Part shown: one piece after another, positions 38,261 to 50,986 of the stretch
Numbering within the stretch: position 1 is the stretch's first letter
Layout: each line of letters starts with the position of its first letter
Assembly (NCBI RefSeq): GCF_036321535.1
Contig: NC_087437.1
Location: 46,192,001-46,256,000 of the forward strand
DNA length: 64,000 nt
From: Camelus dromedarius
Lineage: Eukaryota
Reading direction: 5' to 3'
Made by a program: the position numbers and the translations under genes
Notes under the pieces: model-generated
Database searches by the model: none
Told to the model about the DNA's origin: nothing
The model's input: the letters and a program-made list of their open reading frames with translations, nothing else

Positions 38261-39189
38261 CATAGGCAGGATTTATAGGGACAAAAAGTTTAATAGAGTA
38301 TGTCAGTAGCAGGTGATCAAAATATATGAACTGAATGAATAAACAAATGAAAGGGCATGCATAGGAGTAAGAGAGAAAGTTCCAGGATTTTACATTAATT
38401 ATTCATTTCATCTTCATAAAATCAGGTGTATGTTCACATTTTTATGTAAGGAAAGTGAAGAGGTTAAATCAAAATCCTACATTGATAGCTAATATGACTC
38501 TAACATAGCTGATATATTCTTTTAAAGCCATGACCCATGTACCCTGTCTTAGAGTTTGGTTAAAAATTAAAAGAAAACAAAACAAGCAAACAGCAACACA
38601 TTAATGTAAAAAGCAAAATATAGTTTCACTGTAACTAAATCTCTTCTTGGATTTCTAGAACGCCAAGAAGATGAATCCCCATATTTTTCTGTCATCTCAT
38701 CCTGCACCAGTTTTGAGTCTCCTTCATTGCAGCGCTCCTGACCTAGTTTGTGGATCACTAGTCTTTCTCTTCTCTGCCCCCATCCAGACTGTGCATTCCA
38801 AAGCCCCAAATAACTAGTTTTGAAGAGTAAATCTGTCCTTGGACTTATGGGAAGACAAGCCAGAATCTGTTTTAATGGGTGAGCTGGGGAAAGGCTGTGA
38901 AATTTCTGCATTTCTAATTTGGCCACAATGCACTTTTTAGTGGAGCTGTGATTCTGACTTGAATTTCTCTCCAAGATTTGTGTGTGTGTGTTTCCCTCCT
39001 CCATTCTATCTAGGGGCAGCAGTGGAATAACATGAGCAAAGACTGATTATCCCAGGCCTTGCCTTCTTGATCTCTGCTATACTAAAACTTATAATCTCTA
39101 GCACTTAATAAAATACCAAATGATGCATAGTTGTCTGCATTTCTCATTGTTTTCTGTTTTACTTAGGTCAACACAGCGTACTCTGTTCC

Positions 39190-39485
39190 TTCAACCTGGG
39201 TACTCTTTACTTGCTTTTCATTTAGCAAATGCCTACTCATCCCTGAAAGCCTGGCTGATGTGTTATCTTCTCTGTGATGCCTTCTCTTAGGATTCACAGA
39301 ATTCTGTGTATATATCTTTAGTGTTGACTTATCACAGTGTGTTAAAATTGTTCTTTACTCATTTGGCAACTCCAGGAAACTGGGCTTCTCTAGGGTGAGG
39401 ACCACACCTTATTATCCATGCATCCCCTCCAGTGTCCAACATGGCTTCTGCCACTTTGGGCATGCAAATATGTTTTAAATAAGTG
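39190..39485 (+). mobile_element. L2 LINE 3' end
   Basis: CAAATGCCTACTCATCCCTGAAAGCCTGGCT...TCTTCTCTGTGATGCCTTCTCT...CATCCCCTCCAGTGTCCAACATGG. Confidence 0.6.
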
Positions 39486-41489
39486 AAAAAGACTTAGTTA
39501 TTTCTATATGTAGTGGAGGGCTGTGCACCAAATGGGATGCTCAGTAACACTAACCGATTGATTGATCTGAGAGCAGGAGAGATATGCTGTCCATCCTTGA
39601 CCAGGGGATGACATGATAAAATTCACGTTTCAGAAGTGTGGATGTGGCAGCAAGATCCATTATATGAGACTTTCAGGCCTTGGAATAATTGCCAGTGTTA
39701 TGACATTCTTTTGTAGCTTTGGGGAAACAAATAGAACTAATGGGAAAAAAACTCTTCTGGGACCTTCTCAGAAGTCACTGGTACTGCTTCAGCAAAACAA
39801 GGCTTCAGAAAGGCTCCTAGCATGTTACCTTGCTCCCCCAAGGCTCTGAGAGTATGAAGGAAGGAGCTCTTCTTGAGTTAAGTGCCAAGAATTCTGAACC
39901 AAAAGATCCTCTCCTTTGTTTCCTCGTGCTGTGTCTCCTTTCTGCTTCACATGTTTACTTACATCTCCACAACTGAAGGTACTATTGACAATAGGGTCTG
40001 ATCAACTCTACTGATTTTCCTTAATAGTAAATTTGTTCTTTTACAATTGACTTGCATTTGATGCAATAGTTTCAACCATCCTGTAAGGACTCTTGGGAGT
40101 CTCCAGAGCTGGATTGCTATTGCCTGGGTGGTCGCACATAGGTCCTGCCAGCCTGTCTTGCACACTAAAGTTTTGTGCCTTCTCACTTGAAATCACGAAG
40201 GCAGAGTTTATAGATGGTGAAACAGAGAACTGAGGTACAGTGATGTTAAATGATTGCTTAAGGTCATACAGCTCTGGGAGAAGCCCTAGATTTTAAAAAC
40301 ACATTTCCACATAAACTGCCAAAAGGGAGACCAGTTTAAAAATGATCAGGTTAGAATTATTAGAGTCATTTAAAACTTAGGAAGGAGTCTGCATGTCTGT
40401 TGCTCAGTAGGTGCTGAATGATACCAACCATTGAAATCACTTGAGAAACTTCTAGGACTTAACTGTTTTTGTCTGACACACAGAAAGGCAACAGAATTAA
40501 CTTTCTTTTGGGCAGGAATTAAAGTTTGTTCAGTATTAATGGCTTTAATTTACACAATTTGGGAGTTAGGCTCTTTGGTGTGTTTTAGCTGGATATTGTT
40601 ACCTGCAGATGCAGCTTTCTTCAGATTAAAGCATTAGCTTAAGTCATGACCTTAGATCCTAATTTAAATATCATTTACCTGAGAAGTTATAAAAGTGGAA
40701 ACATTCAAGTTGGGTCATCCAGCTTTAACTGGGTATCATTATGTGTTAGATATTTGCTAGGGCGTAAGGATAAATCGAAGACCCAGCCCCTGTCCTCGAG
40801 GAGCTTATGATTCAGAGGAAAGGACAGATACTTGAGTCGTCATAGCGGTGACATGAGTATGCACAGGGAGCTAGAGAAATGTGGAGGAGGAAGAATTAGC
40901 CCAGCTTGGAGATCTGGGAGATAACGGAGTTGTGTGTAAGAGTTAGACTGAGAGGGTAGGAAGGATGCTGTGTGGACAGGTGTAAACAGATGCTATTTTA
41001 ATGTGAGTCATCAACCAACTTCACAGCAGAGGTATTTTATCTATTTTGGAGATGTTTTCATTCATTTCTAATTATACATTTCATATGTTCCTAAAAACCA
41101 GTTTTCCCATTTCTTCGATATTCTGGTTGCCTTTGCTGTTCCCCTTTTATTTCTTCTATTCATATTAGATGTGCATCAATTTTTGTCAATAGGGAAGACA
41201 GGATTACAACCAGGAAAAAGAAAAGGTAACTGATTAAAATTTCATGCTAAAAAGGATTTAAGGAGGCAGTTTAGTTCACAGATTCATGTAAATCTAACGC
41301 ATGGAAATGATGTACACAATCTCCAATGTGGAAAAAAAAACAGAAAACGCTTAGGTTTAGGTTTGCTTCTGGCATTTAGTTATTTGTTTTTTGTGGCTTG
41401 CCCACTTCGCAAAAGCTCATATTCCATAATAGTTTGACCGTCGCTATTTTAATACTAGCAGCTACAATTTTAGGGAATCCATGGATTTT

Positions 41490-41690
41490 TGGATTCAGAT
41501 CTATATGAGACTTAATCAGTTTTAACTCACTGCTGTTTTACCTTTGAACTTATAACTTCTCTGAACTTCAGTTTCTCTCATCATAGAAGGGGAGAAAAAT
41601 ACCTGTCTATTTTGGGATTAAACAAAATAACATTTAATAATGCTAAGTACAGTGCCTGGTACGTGATAGATGCTGAATTTCTTATTTGCT
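41490..41690 (+). mobile_element. MIR SINE remnant
   Basis: AACTTCTCTGAACTTCAGTTTCTCTCATC...TGCTAAGTACAGTGCCTGGTACGTGATAGATGCT. Confidence 0.65.
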
Positions 41691-43054
41691 ACCCTCATTC
41701 CCTGAACAGTATTGCATTGCTTAGGAATCAAATACTGGACCTCCAGAGTGTCCAATGTCATAGTCTGAAGTATGGATCAGGGTGAGAAACTCAATTGCTC
41801 TGTTGATCAGTAAGAGCAGAAAGTCTAGGAGTCCAGTTTGCCCTCTCCAATGATTTAGCTCCCTCCTAGTTACATATCCAGACATTTTCTGGGTTTGTCG
41901 GTTTCTCAGGGACAATCTGGTTCGGCTCCGCCCTGCTGTGACATGCCTGCTGGGTGGTTGTGGATGTTGGTTAAAGCTGCCATGAACACGTTGAGTGTAA
42001 AGCACAGCAGGCATGCGAGGCTCTCAGCTCATCAGGTGGCAGTGGCTGCTGGGGTGGCACTGCCCCTGCAGCAGCTGCAGTACCTTCATGGGGGGAGGGG
42101 TGGCTACCACTTCCTCAGTGTCCCTGGCACTTCTTTCCCCAAAGAAAAAGGAACAACCAACTACCAAACTCAGTTTTTCTCCTCACTAAATAAATAATAA
42201 ATTGTTGCAACATTTTGTTGGGCAAATGAGGGCAAGTGGCCAGAAGTATCCTGCCAGGCGCTGTAGCAGGTCCTTGGCCCCTCATCGTCCGTGGCATTCC
42301 AGGGCAGCATACTTCCATTTAGCAGGGCTGGGAATCTGCCTCTCAGAGGAGAACCAGGTTCTGGGACTGTAGGGCTTTTCGGCTGTGTGAGTAGGAAGCA
42401 CCAGCCCCTCCCCTGGCACGCTCAAGGATGGGGATTCAATAGCAAAACGGTCTGTCAGGATCTTGACTCCATTCTCATCCTGCCAGCCCAAAAGTTACGA
42501 CCAGAGAAACATCTCACTTGGCAGAACTGGGGCTGGGGTCCGAGCCTGGAGGTTGCAGCTGGTATGATTTGTGATCTTAAGCTGTAACTCAGCAGTGTTA
42601 CTGGTTAGGGAAGCGTTTTCCCCTCCTCTGGTGCACTTGGTGGAAGTGGCTTACAAGCAAGCCTTCAGGTGGCTGGGATTGATTGCCTTAAGTGCCCAGC
42701 AGTGTCTGGTCTCCATGCCTACGTATGGGTGCCCTGCTCTTCTTCTAAGAGGCCAGCTTGCAGGTGACCACAGACAAGGTAACCTCTACCACTCACACGT
42801 GCATAAAATACTGACAGACTATTGGTATTACAGTTTTACATTAAAACTAGAATTGCTTGGTTCCATTTTGTTAGCTGCTAAATATAAAATTTATCTTTCC
42901 CCTTTAAGCAAAAATATAACTGGGGCTGTAGGAGTTTTCTTGACATCCTGATTTTGTTCCCTGGGACCTTGGTAGCTGCACTGATCTGACACTAATTCAT
43001 AACACCTTTGATAAAGATATAGCGGCAAGTCCCTATGGACTTCAAGATGGACTA

Positions 43055-43500
43055 TTCACTCATTCTTTCATTCATAAAGCCTACATTTACCCAAGATCTG
43101 CTGATTACTTGGGGCAGATTTATGGGCAAACACTACTTGAGGAATTAATAGTCTGCTTAGAGAGAAAGACAGGTGAACCCACAACTGTGACTCACTTAAT
43201 ACATGCTACAGCAGAAGCAATTGCAAACTTCTCTTGGAGCATAGAGGTAGAAGTAACTACTGTGGTCCTGACGAACGGGGGAACATTTCTCGATGGATAT
43301 GCTATTCAACTTAGGTCTTGAAATGTGAAAAAGAATTTCCCTGGTGGAGAGGAGGTGGAAGAACTCTCTGGACAGGTGTCATAATTTGCTTGAAGGCCTG
43401 GAGGTGGGAGAAGCCTGACTTGGTTAGGGACTGGCAGCAGGTCACTGGGGCTGGAATCTAGATTTGGGGCTTGGGGGTTGTGAGAAGAAAAGTTGAGTAA
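43055..43500 (-). mobile_element. L2 LINE 3' end
   Basis: TTCACTCATTCTTTCATTCA tail; CTTGAGGAATTAATAGTCT; TGAAGGCCTGGAGGTGGGAGAAGCCTG...GGGGCTGGAAT. Confidence 0.6.
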
Positions 43501-43689
43501 AGGCTAGTCTGGGACTGGGGATGTGGGAAAATCCATGGGGTGAAGAGAATGTTCAACAATGAGGGAAGGGGGTGTCCAACTATGGGAGGGAAGTCAGAAG
43601 TCTGTTTTTCTAAGACAAAATTTCCTAGAGTATATCCTGTAATGCAGTAGCCTTTGAGATATTCATGGGCTGATTTTTAGATTTGCAGA

Positions 43690-43892
43690 CAAACAAGCAT
43701 GCAAAACACTGCAAAATACCATACTATGTGTCTGCGTAACACTATATTATAGAAGCTCTGACAAGTCATAGGAAAGAAACCTGTTTAACTTTGTTTAACC
43801 TATGTTTTTCCCACTTACTGATCATGGTATGTTGTTTGAGTTATTCCTATTTTAGTAGTTAACATTCCATATTACACACGTAGGAAATGCTA
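43690..43892. mobile_element. Probable hAT-Charlie-type DNA transposon remnant
   Basis: AAAGAAACCTGTTTAACTTTGTTTAACC...TTAACATTCC...ACACACGTAGGAAATGCT resembles a Charlie-family MER terminus. Confidence 0.45.
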
Positions 43893-44679
43893 TTCTAGGA
43901 ATGTGAATTTCTAGGAAAGTAGGTCTGGAAGGGAGAGAACACAGTCAGACCTATGCGTGTTAGCCAAGGCCCCCAGAGGCCACTCACTTTCTGTGAAGCT
44001 GTGGGCTGGTAATTAATGAGGGTGCTCAAGGTAGATACCCAGGAGAAGTAAGAGATGGTCTTTAGCACCTAGGAGAAATGTTTGGGGCCCAGCCAGAGGG
44101 GGAGTGGCTTTAAGGGGGATGCATTGGCCACTAGAATAGAAGACAGTGACACTGGACATTGATATATCAAAGTAAGAATGGACCAACTATTAATAGAAGC
44201 CTAGTTGGGAACGCTTTACACAAGACTTCTTATATTCTTACAAAGCACAGATTCTGAAGCATGTCTGACCCTGTGGAGTAGGGGTGGGGCTGCGGGTGAT
44301 GACCAAAGGGATCTGATCTTTAGGAGCCCAGAGAACCAGGAGAACATAAGCACCATCCTGTCTCATTCTCTCTCTTTTTTTGACAGGCTTCATGTCATTT
44401 GTTCTCAGGATGGATTTCTGTCCTTAACACAGCCTATACAGTTCCTCCTATTCTGTTCCCTGCTTTCTCCTTCAGTGCCTGTTCCAAATTCTCACCCTAT
44501 GCTCCAGAACTCTTTGTCACTCACCAGCATGTCACAGACTCTCTAGTGCTATTAAAAGGGACCACTTATTGAATCCTTACAATATATTAGATCCTGTGCT
44601 AAAATTAACATAGTGATTTATCTTTGTTTACAGTAATCCTATAAGGTAGAGTCATTTTGAAGTGTTATTTGAGGATAAA

Positions 44680-45127
44680 TAACACTGGCTTAAACAAATA
44701 CGAATAATTTCTTCCATATAAAAAGAAGTCCAGAGAAAGGCAGTTGTTGAGTTGGGTCTCAATGATGCCATTAAAGACTCCAGACTTTCTAGCTTCCCAT
44801 TCCATCTTCCTCACCCTTTGGCAATTGTCTTCATGTTTCGGCTTCTCAGTTGCAAAGTGGGCACCACATCTGTAGGCATTATGTGGGCATCTCGCCTTAT
44901 ATAGGGTTGTACAAGCTGCTTTATCTAGAACACAAAGAGTTCCTGGAACTTCTTCAGCTGTTTTCTGTTTTTGTCTCATCGATAAGAAGTGTGGCCCATG
45001 ATCTTTCCAGCTGGAAGGAGGCTGGGAAATAAGAGGATTTAGCGTTCTAGTCATTATAGTTGAGGAAGGCAAGGATGGAATGGTTGAAATTGGGTGTTGG
45101 GATAACCAACCTAGAAGGCCTGCCACG
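44680..45127 (-). mobile_element. Old MLT1 (K/L-type) LTR nested in a MIR
   Basis: CTGGCTTAAACAAATA...AAGAAGTCCAGAG...CTCAATGATGCCATTAAAGAC...GGAAGGAGGCTGGGAAAT...CCTGCCAC; MIR halves at about 44560-44660 and 45128-45240. Confidence 0.65.
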
Positions 45128-45929
45128 GTAGGCATTGTTGTCCCCAGATTAGATGACAAAGTAGCTCAGGAGGCTAAGTTAACTTGCTTGGGGTCTCACA
45201 GCTGGATTCCAAGCTAATGTAATCTGACTCGACAGCCTACGTGAATTCGACTGTTCCACATAGTTCCCTTCTCAAAATTTTAAAGTTCAGTTCAATTCAA
45301 TCTGTTTGCTGAGCATCTACTTTACTTAAAGCCCTGTGTTGGGACCGCAAATGGACACACAGAAAAACAAACCATTGTTCCTGCCTTCCGGGAATTAATC
45401 ACCTTGAGGGAGAGAGATGTACACTTACCACCGATTCAACGTAGATCCTTGGGGCACATGTAGTAAGTTGTGGGTGTGCTGGAGAGGGAGAGCAGACTTC
45501 TGCCTGGGGAATTCTGAGAAGGCTCCCTGGAGAGGGAGAGATTAGATTTGGGCCATCTACTTTTGATGTTTATTTTAAGAACATTGTGATTTTTGTCTTT
45601 TTTTAAAACCTTAGTTAACTTTAATATTATGTCGTAGGTCACCTCAGGTATGGTTTGTGTCTGACGTTAATGCAGAGACATAATCTTTGAAAGTAAATCA
45701 ACTGACCGTGTTTTCTATTTTTATTTTAGTATCTCCAAAAAACCCCCATAATCTTATATTTTAAACCTAAATGATATCTAGTATACAAAATTAAAATTCA
45801 TGAAGTAAAACATTCCAAAACAGTAATAAACACAAGGCAATTTAAAGTAAGCGTAACCTATTATATATTTTCCTAATCAAGTTAAAATGTCAGGTTGCAT
45901 TCCATAAAAAAAGTTTTTATATTTTAGTT

Positions 45930-46890
45930 ACACAGGAATAAAATGACAGATGAACCATTTTTTACCCTGACACCAAAGGTAATGTAATGTGCTGTTCTTT
46001 CAGTGGGAGAAAAATTAATTATTATGAACTTGAATGGAAGTGAAGAGAGAATACTTTTAATTATAGATCTTAGCAAAAATTCAAAAGATAGAAGAGCAAA
46101 GGACATGATCAGAATGTTCACAAAAGAGGCAAAACAAATGTCTAAGGGCATGTAAAAAACTGAGCAATAAAGAATGCAAAGGAAAACAAGAAGCCATTAG
46201 TCTGTTAAATTAGCAAAGAATTAAAAAGGAGAAATCCTCTGGCAGGACTTTGGTAAGACAAGGATCTCATATGCCTGTTGAGGAACTGTAAAGTGTTACT
46301 ATCTTTTTTTAAAAATTAAATTTATTTTATTTTATTTTTTAGCAGAGGTACTTGGGATTTAACCCAGGATCTTGTGCACGCTAAGCATAAACTCTACCTC
46401 TGAACTATACCCTCCCCTCCAGGCATTATCTTTCCAGGAAGCAGCTGAACAGTATATATCAAGGACCTCAAAATTCTTAGGCTATTTAACCCAGTAATTC
46501 CACATCTGGAAATAGAAATTCTCTCAAGGGGATAATTTGAAAGGTAGACAAAGAGGCATGCACAAAGACATTTATTACAGAATTATAATAAAAATGAAAA
46601 TGCAAATACCCACCAATAGGGGATTGTTTAAACACATAATAGTATACTTACATGATGCAATGATCTAGCCATTAGGAAAAACATTTTGAAAACTTAATGG
46701 TTTGGGGAAATTCTGATATAATGTCAAATATATAAATTGTACCATTACAACTGTTAAAAAAATCATAAGTCTGGAAGGAAAGAACTATTAACATTTTGAC
46801 ATTATTGAGTTATGGCATTTGGGAGATTTTGTTTTATATTTGTTCTGTACCTTAATTTTCTACGTGGAGTACGTGTGATGTTTGTGATAG
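45930..46890 (+). mobile_element. Old L1ME ORF2-end / 3'UTR fragment, interrupted by a SINE
   Basis: GCAAAGGACATGATCAGAATGTTCACAAAAGAGG, TTTAACCCAGTAATTCCACATCTGGAAAT, CCCACCAATAGGGGATTGTTTAAA. Confidence 0.7.
46307..46420 (-). mobile_element. tRNA-derived camelid-type SINE (Vic-1-like), more diverged copy
   Basis: T-rich tail then GAGGTACTTGGGATTTAACCCAGGATCTTGTGCACGCTAAGCATAAACTCTACCTCTGAACTATACCCTCCCC; clearly homologous to 21687-21772; flanks share TATCTTT. Confidence 0.88.
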
Positions 46891-47560
46891 AAAAGAAGAA
46901 TGGAACAAGCACAGGCCCTGAGGCTGCCAGGTGAGACCAGTACTCAGCTGTCTCTGAGACATCGGCCTTGTTGCTGAGCCTCTTGGATAGATGACAGTCT
47001 GGGCTGAAGGGTTCCTGTTCAGAACTTTCTCTTGGGGAGGCAGTGGCTGCTTCAGTTCATCTTGGCCACCTGCCAGCACAGGATTTTTGAGGAAATCTTC
47101 ACAGGATCAGATACTTGAAAGGCAAGGCAAGACAGCCTATGGCAGCCGTTACTGAGACTCTCCTGTCTCTCCCTGCGGTCAGGGTGCAGGCTGTCTCTGC
47201 TCTGGTCTAGCAGTGGAGCAGAGTTGTGGGCAGTATGCTCAGGACACAGATGTGCTGTTAGGCTTCCATGCTGTTCCAGAAGACCACTTTGCAGAGTGTC
47301 AGGACCCACCTGGAGGAGGGCATTAGCACCTCTGTGTGACACTTATGCCTTGGACGAGCTGTGGCTCCCACCAGTTGGTGAACTCAGGCCAGCTCTGAGC
47401 AGACGGTCCTACCAGCGAGGTCATGACAGGCTGACAGAGCAAGTCTGCTGTGACAGAGCAGCAGGCCTCCTACAGGGGGCACTGACCCCCCCATGTTACC
47501 CACCCTCCCAAGTCCGGCCCCAACAAGGGCCACTGCAAAGTGTCCTTTGAGCCAGTGGAA

Positions 47561-47988
47561 TGAGACTGAGCTCAGTTCAGAAGCAAAGAAAAGCTTTATT
47601 CTTGGATCAGAGAATGGAGAGATGGGACATCCTGCTCCAGACAGGCTGTGGGTGGGGCTGCTTCCTGGGGACCTCCTCCGGGGGAGGGGCGGAGCTCTCG
47701 CCGCGGCACAGCTGCGCGCTCACCGCCCAGATCGCGCGCGCGCGTCAGCGTCTCTGCCACTGCCCGCCGCCGCCATCTTGACTTTCGGGTGCCCGAGGTT
47801 TCCACAGAGCCGGGAGCTGAGGTGTAACGTGCAGCTCTACGTGAGGCGGAGTCTCCTGTGGGAGACTTGGGTCCCAAGTGCCAGGTGTGAGGCAGCTACA
47901 CGTGGCCCTCTGTGAGCAAGTGAAACTAGACGGAGCACGAAGAAAACAAAGGTCAGATTTTATTACCCAGATTCTGTTTTTACTCTCA
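47561..47988 (-). mobile_element. ERV1-class solo LTR, 428 bp, CpG-rich
   Basis: Terminal inverted repeats TGAGA...TCTCA; perfect 4-bp TSD GGAA at 47557-47560 and 47989-47992; minus-strand AATAAA (TTTATT at 47595-47600) about 35 nt from the LTR 3' end. Confidence 0.88.
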
Positions 47989-48119
47989 GGAACTGTTCAT
48001 GGGCTGTGCAGTGACAGCCTGTCCAGAGTCTAACTGTGATTCCTCTCCAAACGGCATTAGGAAAGTCTGCTTGATGGGACTGGTTTTCTTCCATCTACTG
48101 AGTCTGTCCAGGCAGTTAC

Positions 48120-48330
48120 AGTAATAATGGTAGTCTGCAGATACGCCAGGCCTTTTCCCTGTAGTATTTCATTTAACTGAGTCTTTGCGTCTACCCTCTG
48201 ACGTCGTTATCAGTCTCCTCATCTCTCAGGGGAGGAAACTGACCCAAGTCTCATCCAGTTACAAGACAGCAGATCCAGGGTTCAGACTCAAGTCCTTCCA
48301 ACTCCAAAGCGCATCATGCTTGTAACCAGT
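48120..48330 (-). mobile_element. MIR SINE remnant
   Basis: TATTTCATTTAA...CTACCCTCTGA...CAGGGGAGGAAACTGACCCAAG...CAGGGTTCAGACTCAAGTC...ACTCCAAAGC. Confidence 0.55.
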
Positions 48331-50566
48331 ACACTCGAGTGGTTTTAAATCAAGGTCACTATTTTTACCCAAGCCATCCATACTCCATTTGTTCATAATT
48401 TTTCTTTGTCAGTTTATTTTTTTTCCAATTAAATTTAGCCTCATCCTAAGCAACAGTGGGCATGGACTCACGGGTTTAATGTGCTGTGTGTGTGTGTGCA
48501 CATGTGTGTGTGCATGCTTCAGATGCACACAATTTAAAGAAAACACACATAATTTAAACAAAGGTTTGTCACTGTACCTTTTAAAACACATGCAACACCA
48601 GAAGACATGTACAATTTTGGGAAAGTAAATCATGCTGCTTTCTTTACGACGGACCAAAAGTGCTAATAGGGCACTAATCACTTGCTCTTCACTAGTGGGC
48701 TTATCTTCCTGCCTTTGGTAGACTCTGACTGGCACTAACTGCTTCTTGACATATTTATCCCAAGGCACATGGTTGCTCAAAAGAACACCGCCGTCTCCTC
48801 TGGTCTTTGGTGCAGAGCTGGGATGTCCAGTGAGCGCTGCACTCAGGCACCTGCAGCCCCGCCTGGCGCTGCCCAGCCTGAGGACCGAGCACGTCAGGCT
48901 GGAAAGAGACAATAACAGTGGGTTTGGCTCTTTCATGAGCGGCTCACAGAATTTCTAATACTGTAATATGCAGTGTCAATGTTGGGGAGGAGACTGGGAA
49001 CCTCCTAGGACCACTTTATTTTACTTTACAGGGTGGGACCTGGCTAGATGGCTGAATGCTGTCATTCATGCACTCAGCCATCAAACATTTATCTGCTAGA
49101 AAGCCTCTCAGGGAAAAATGAGTATCATTTCACCTCTGTGCTATAAATGGATGACACTTTCAATATGGTGGTGCTATATGCAGACAGTCTGAGGAAAACC
49201 CTGGAAAGCAATAGATTTGCCTCATACACAGAGCACTGAACTAGCAATCAGCAGGCCCTCATTCTCATCCCAGCTCTGCCAGTTCTGTGACTTCAGGAAA
49301 GTTCCATCCTTTCCAGGCCTCTGTTGATTTCTCTGTAACAATACCTTGAGGGTGCAAAAGCAAACAGTCATTTGGGATCTTTCTGCTGAGGTAGTTACTA
49401 TGACTCATCTATGTATAAAATAAGGGGGTCAGAGCCATGAATTTTGCACTTTTCCCAGCCCTGGGATGCTATGACTTGAGGGTGGAGGGAAAGGGACAGA
49501 GGGTCCTGAGCACATCACCCAGGCTTGTTTGGTTAGCTGAGTAAATAAGATTGATGGCAGCATCCTTTTTTTTTTATTAAGCTTGTTTATGGGATACGGA
49601 TTTGGTAGCTGCACTGAGGCAGAAATAGGAGAAGAATGAAGGAACATCAGGAAAATGGAAGGAAGCTGGCATGGCCAGGAAGGGGAATAGCACCAGGGAT
49701 GACCACCATATATCTTGGTCATTGGTCCAAGAAAACCCAAAATGCACTGAAAAATAGGGTGGTTAGACTCAATTATTTTAAGACTCGGTATTCAGATGAG
49801 ATGGCAGTAAGGAGTCATTTGACTTTTGTGTGTGGTCATCCTGTCTGGAGAAATGTAACTTTGTATCATGTTAACCCTGAACAGCCCCCTGATTTAGACA
49901 ATGATTTTAATAGTTGTTACTATGCTTTTTCTAGTAATGGCTACGTGCAAAATACTGTAGTAGAAAAATTAGTTATCTGAAATTCTCATTACCCTGCCAT
50001 GGCATGGACAGCATCTTTACTGATGAGAAGACGAGGGTGGGTTCCCACACTGCTAAGGCTGGCTGCTTAATAAATGTCAGGGCCAGGAATGCAGATTTTG
50101 GTCTGTTTGACTCCCACACCCAAGCTTGTTATTCATTACTTTTCTCTTCGCTTAGTAATTCTCCTGGGGGTGTTAAGGTTTAAAAACCTGGCTTTCATTG
50201 ACCTGAGTGCCAGGCCTTGACAGACCATTAAGAGAAGTAGGAAAAAACATGTCACTGAATAAGAAGTTTGAAGTTTATTACATTAGTTATCATCCAAATA
50301 GGTTTTGGAAATCACTTATCTAATTAGCCATTATGATTATTAGTCATTTGTTTCTATGGAAACAACTCTATCTTATTACTCAAAATAGACACTCATTTAT
50401 GTGTTTATTTCTGTAGAGTCTAGACGTCAGCATCACAATTGTGGCAACAGGAGGAAGGATTCCTGTTCTTTCAGTGTGACGTCTGTCAGTTAGACTGAGT
50501 CCTATCTTGTTAATACTCATAATAGACCTCCTCGGGCTCATCCTTCATTAATTTCATGGCTGGAGA

Positions 50567-50986
50567 GCAGTGGCTCTCAAACTTGGCTGTATATTGGAAT
50601 CACTTGGATGTGACTGTCTGCTCCCAGAATATCAGAATCCCTGAGGGTGAGCCCCAGGTACCAGCATTCTTAAAATTTCCACGTGTCTACAGTGGACATG
50701 TAGGTTTGAGTGCCACGGGCTCTTAGTGTAATCGGTTGCAAGTATTTCTAGGCAAATACGCACAAAATTGGCTTTCCGCAGGCACACCAGAACAGGAAAC
50801 AGTGATTCTCAAACTGGGTTGTACCCTAGAATCACCTGTGGGGTAAGTGGCTTAAAAACCAAAAGGGGCTTGGGCCCCATTCTCACCAGATGTTTTGTTA
50901 GATGGCCCCTTGAGGGGCTGTCAAACTTCAGTATTTTCAGAAGCGCTCTCAGTCATGCTAATGTGCAACCAGGTTTTGAACCACTG
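50567..50986. mobile_element. Two adjacent MER5-family hAT MITEs (about 50567-50720 and 50800-50986)
   Basis: CAGTGGCTCTCAAACTTGGCTGTATATTGGAATCACTTGG...GGTTTGAGTGCCAC and CAGTGATTCTCAAACTGGGTTGTACCCTAGAATCACCTG...GCTAATGTGCAACCAGGTTTTGAACCACTG. Confidence 0.75.

Noticed and set aside
47224..47915. Overlapping ORFs of 73-140 aa suggesting a gene first exon at the CpG island
   Set aside because: The island is bounded by LTR termini and a TSD; the ORFs follow from GC richness and match no protein I recognise.
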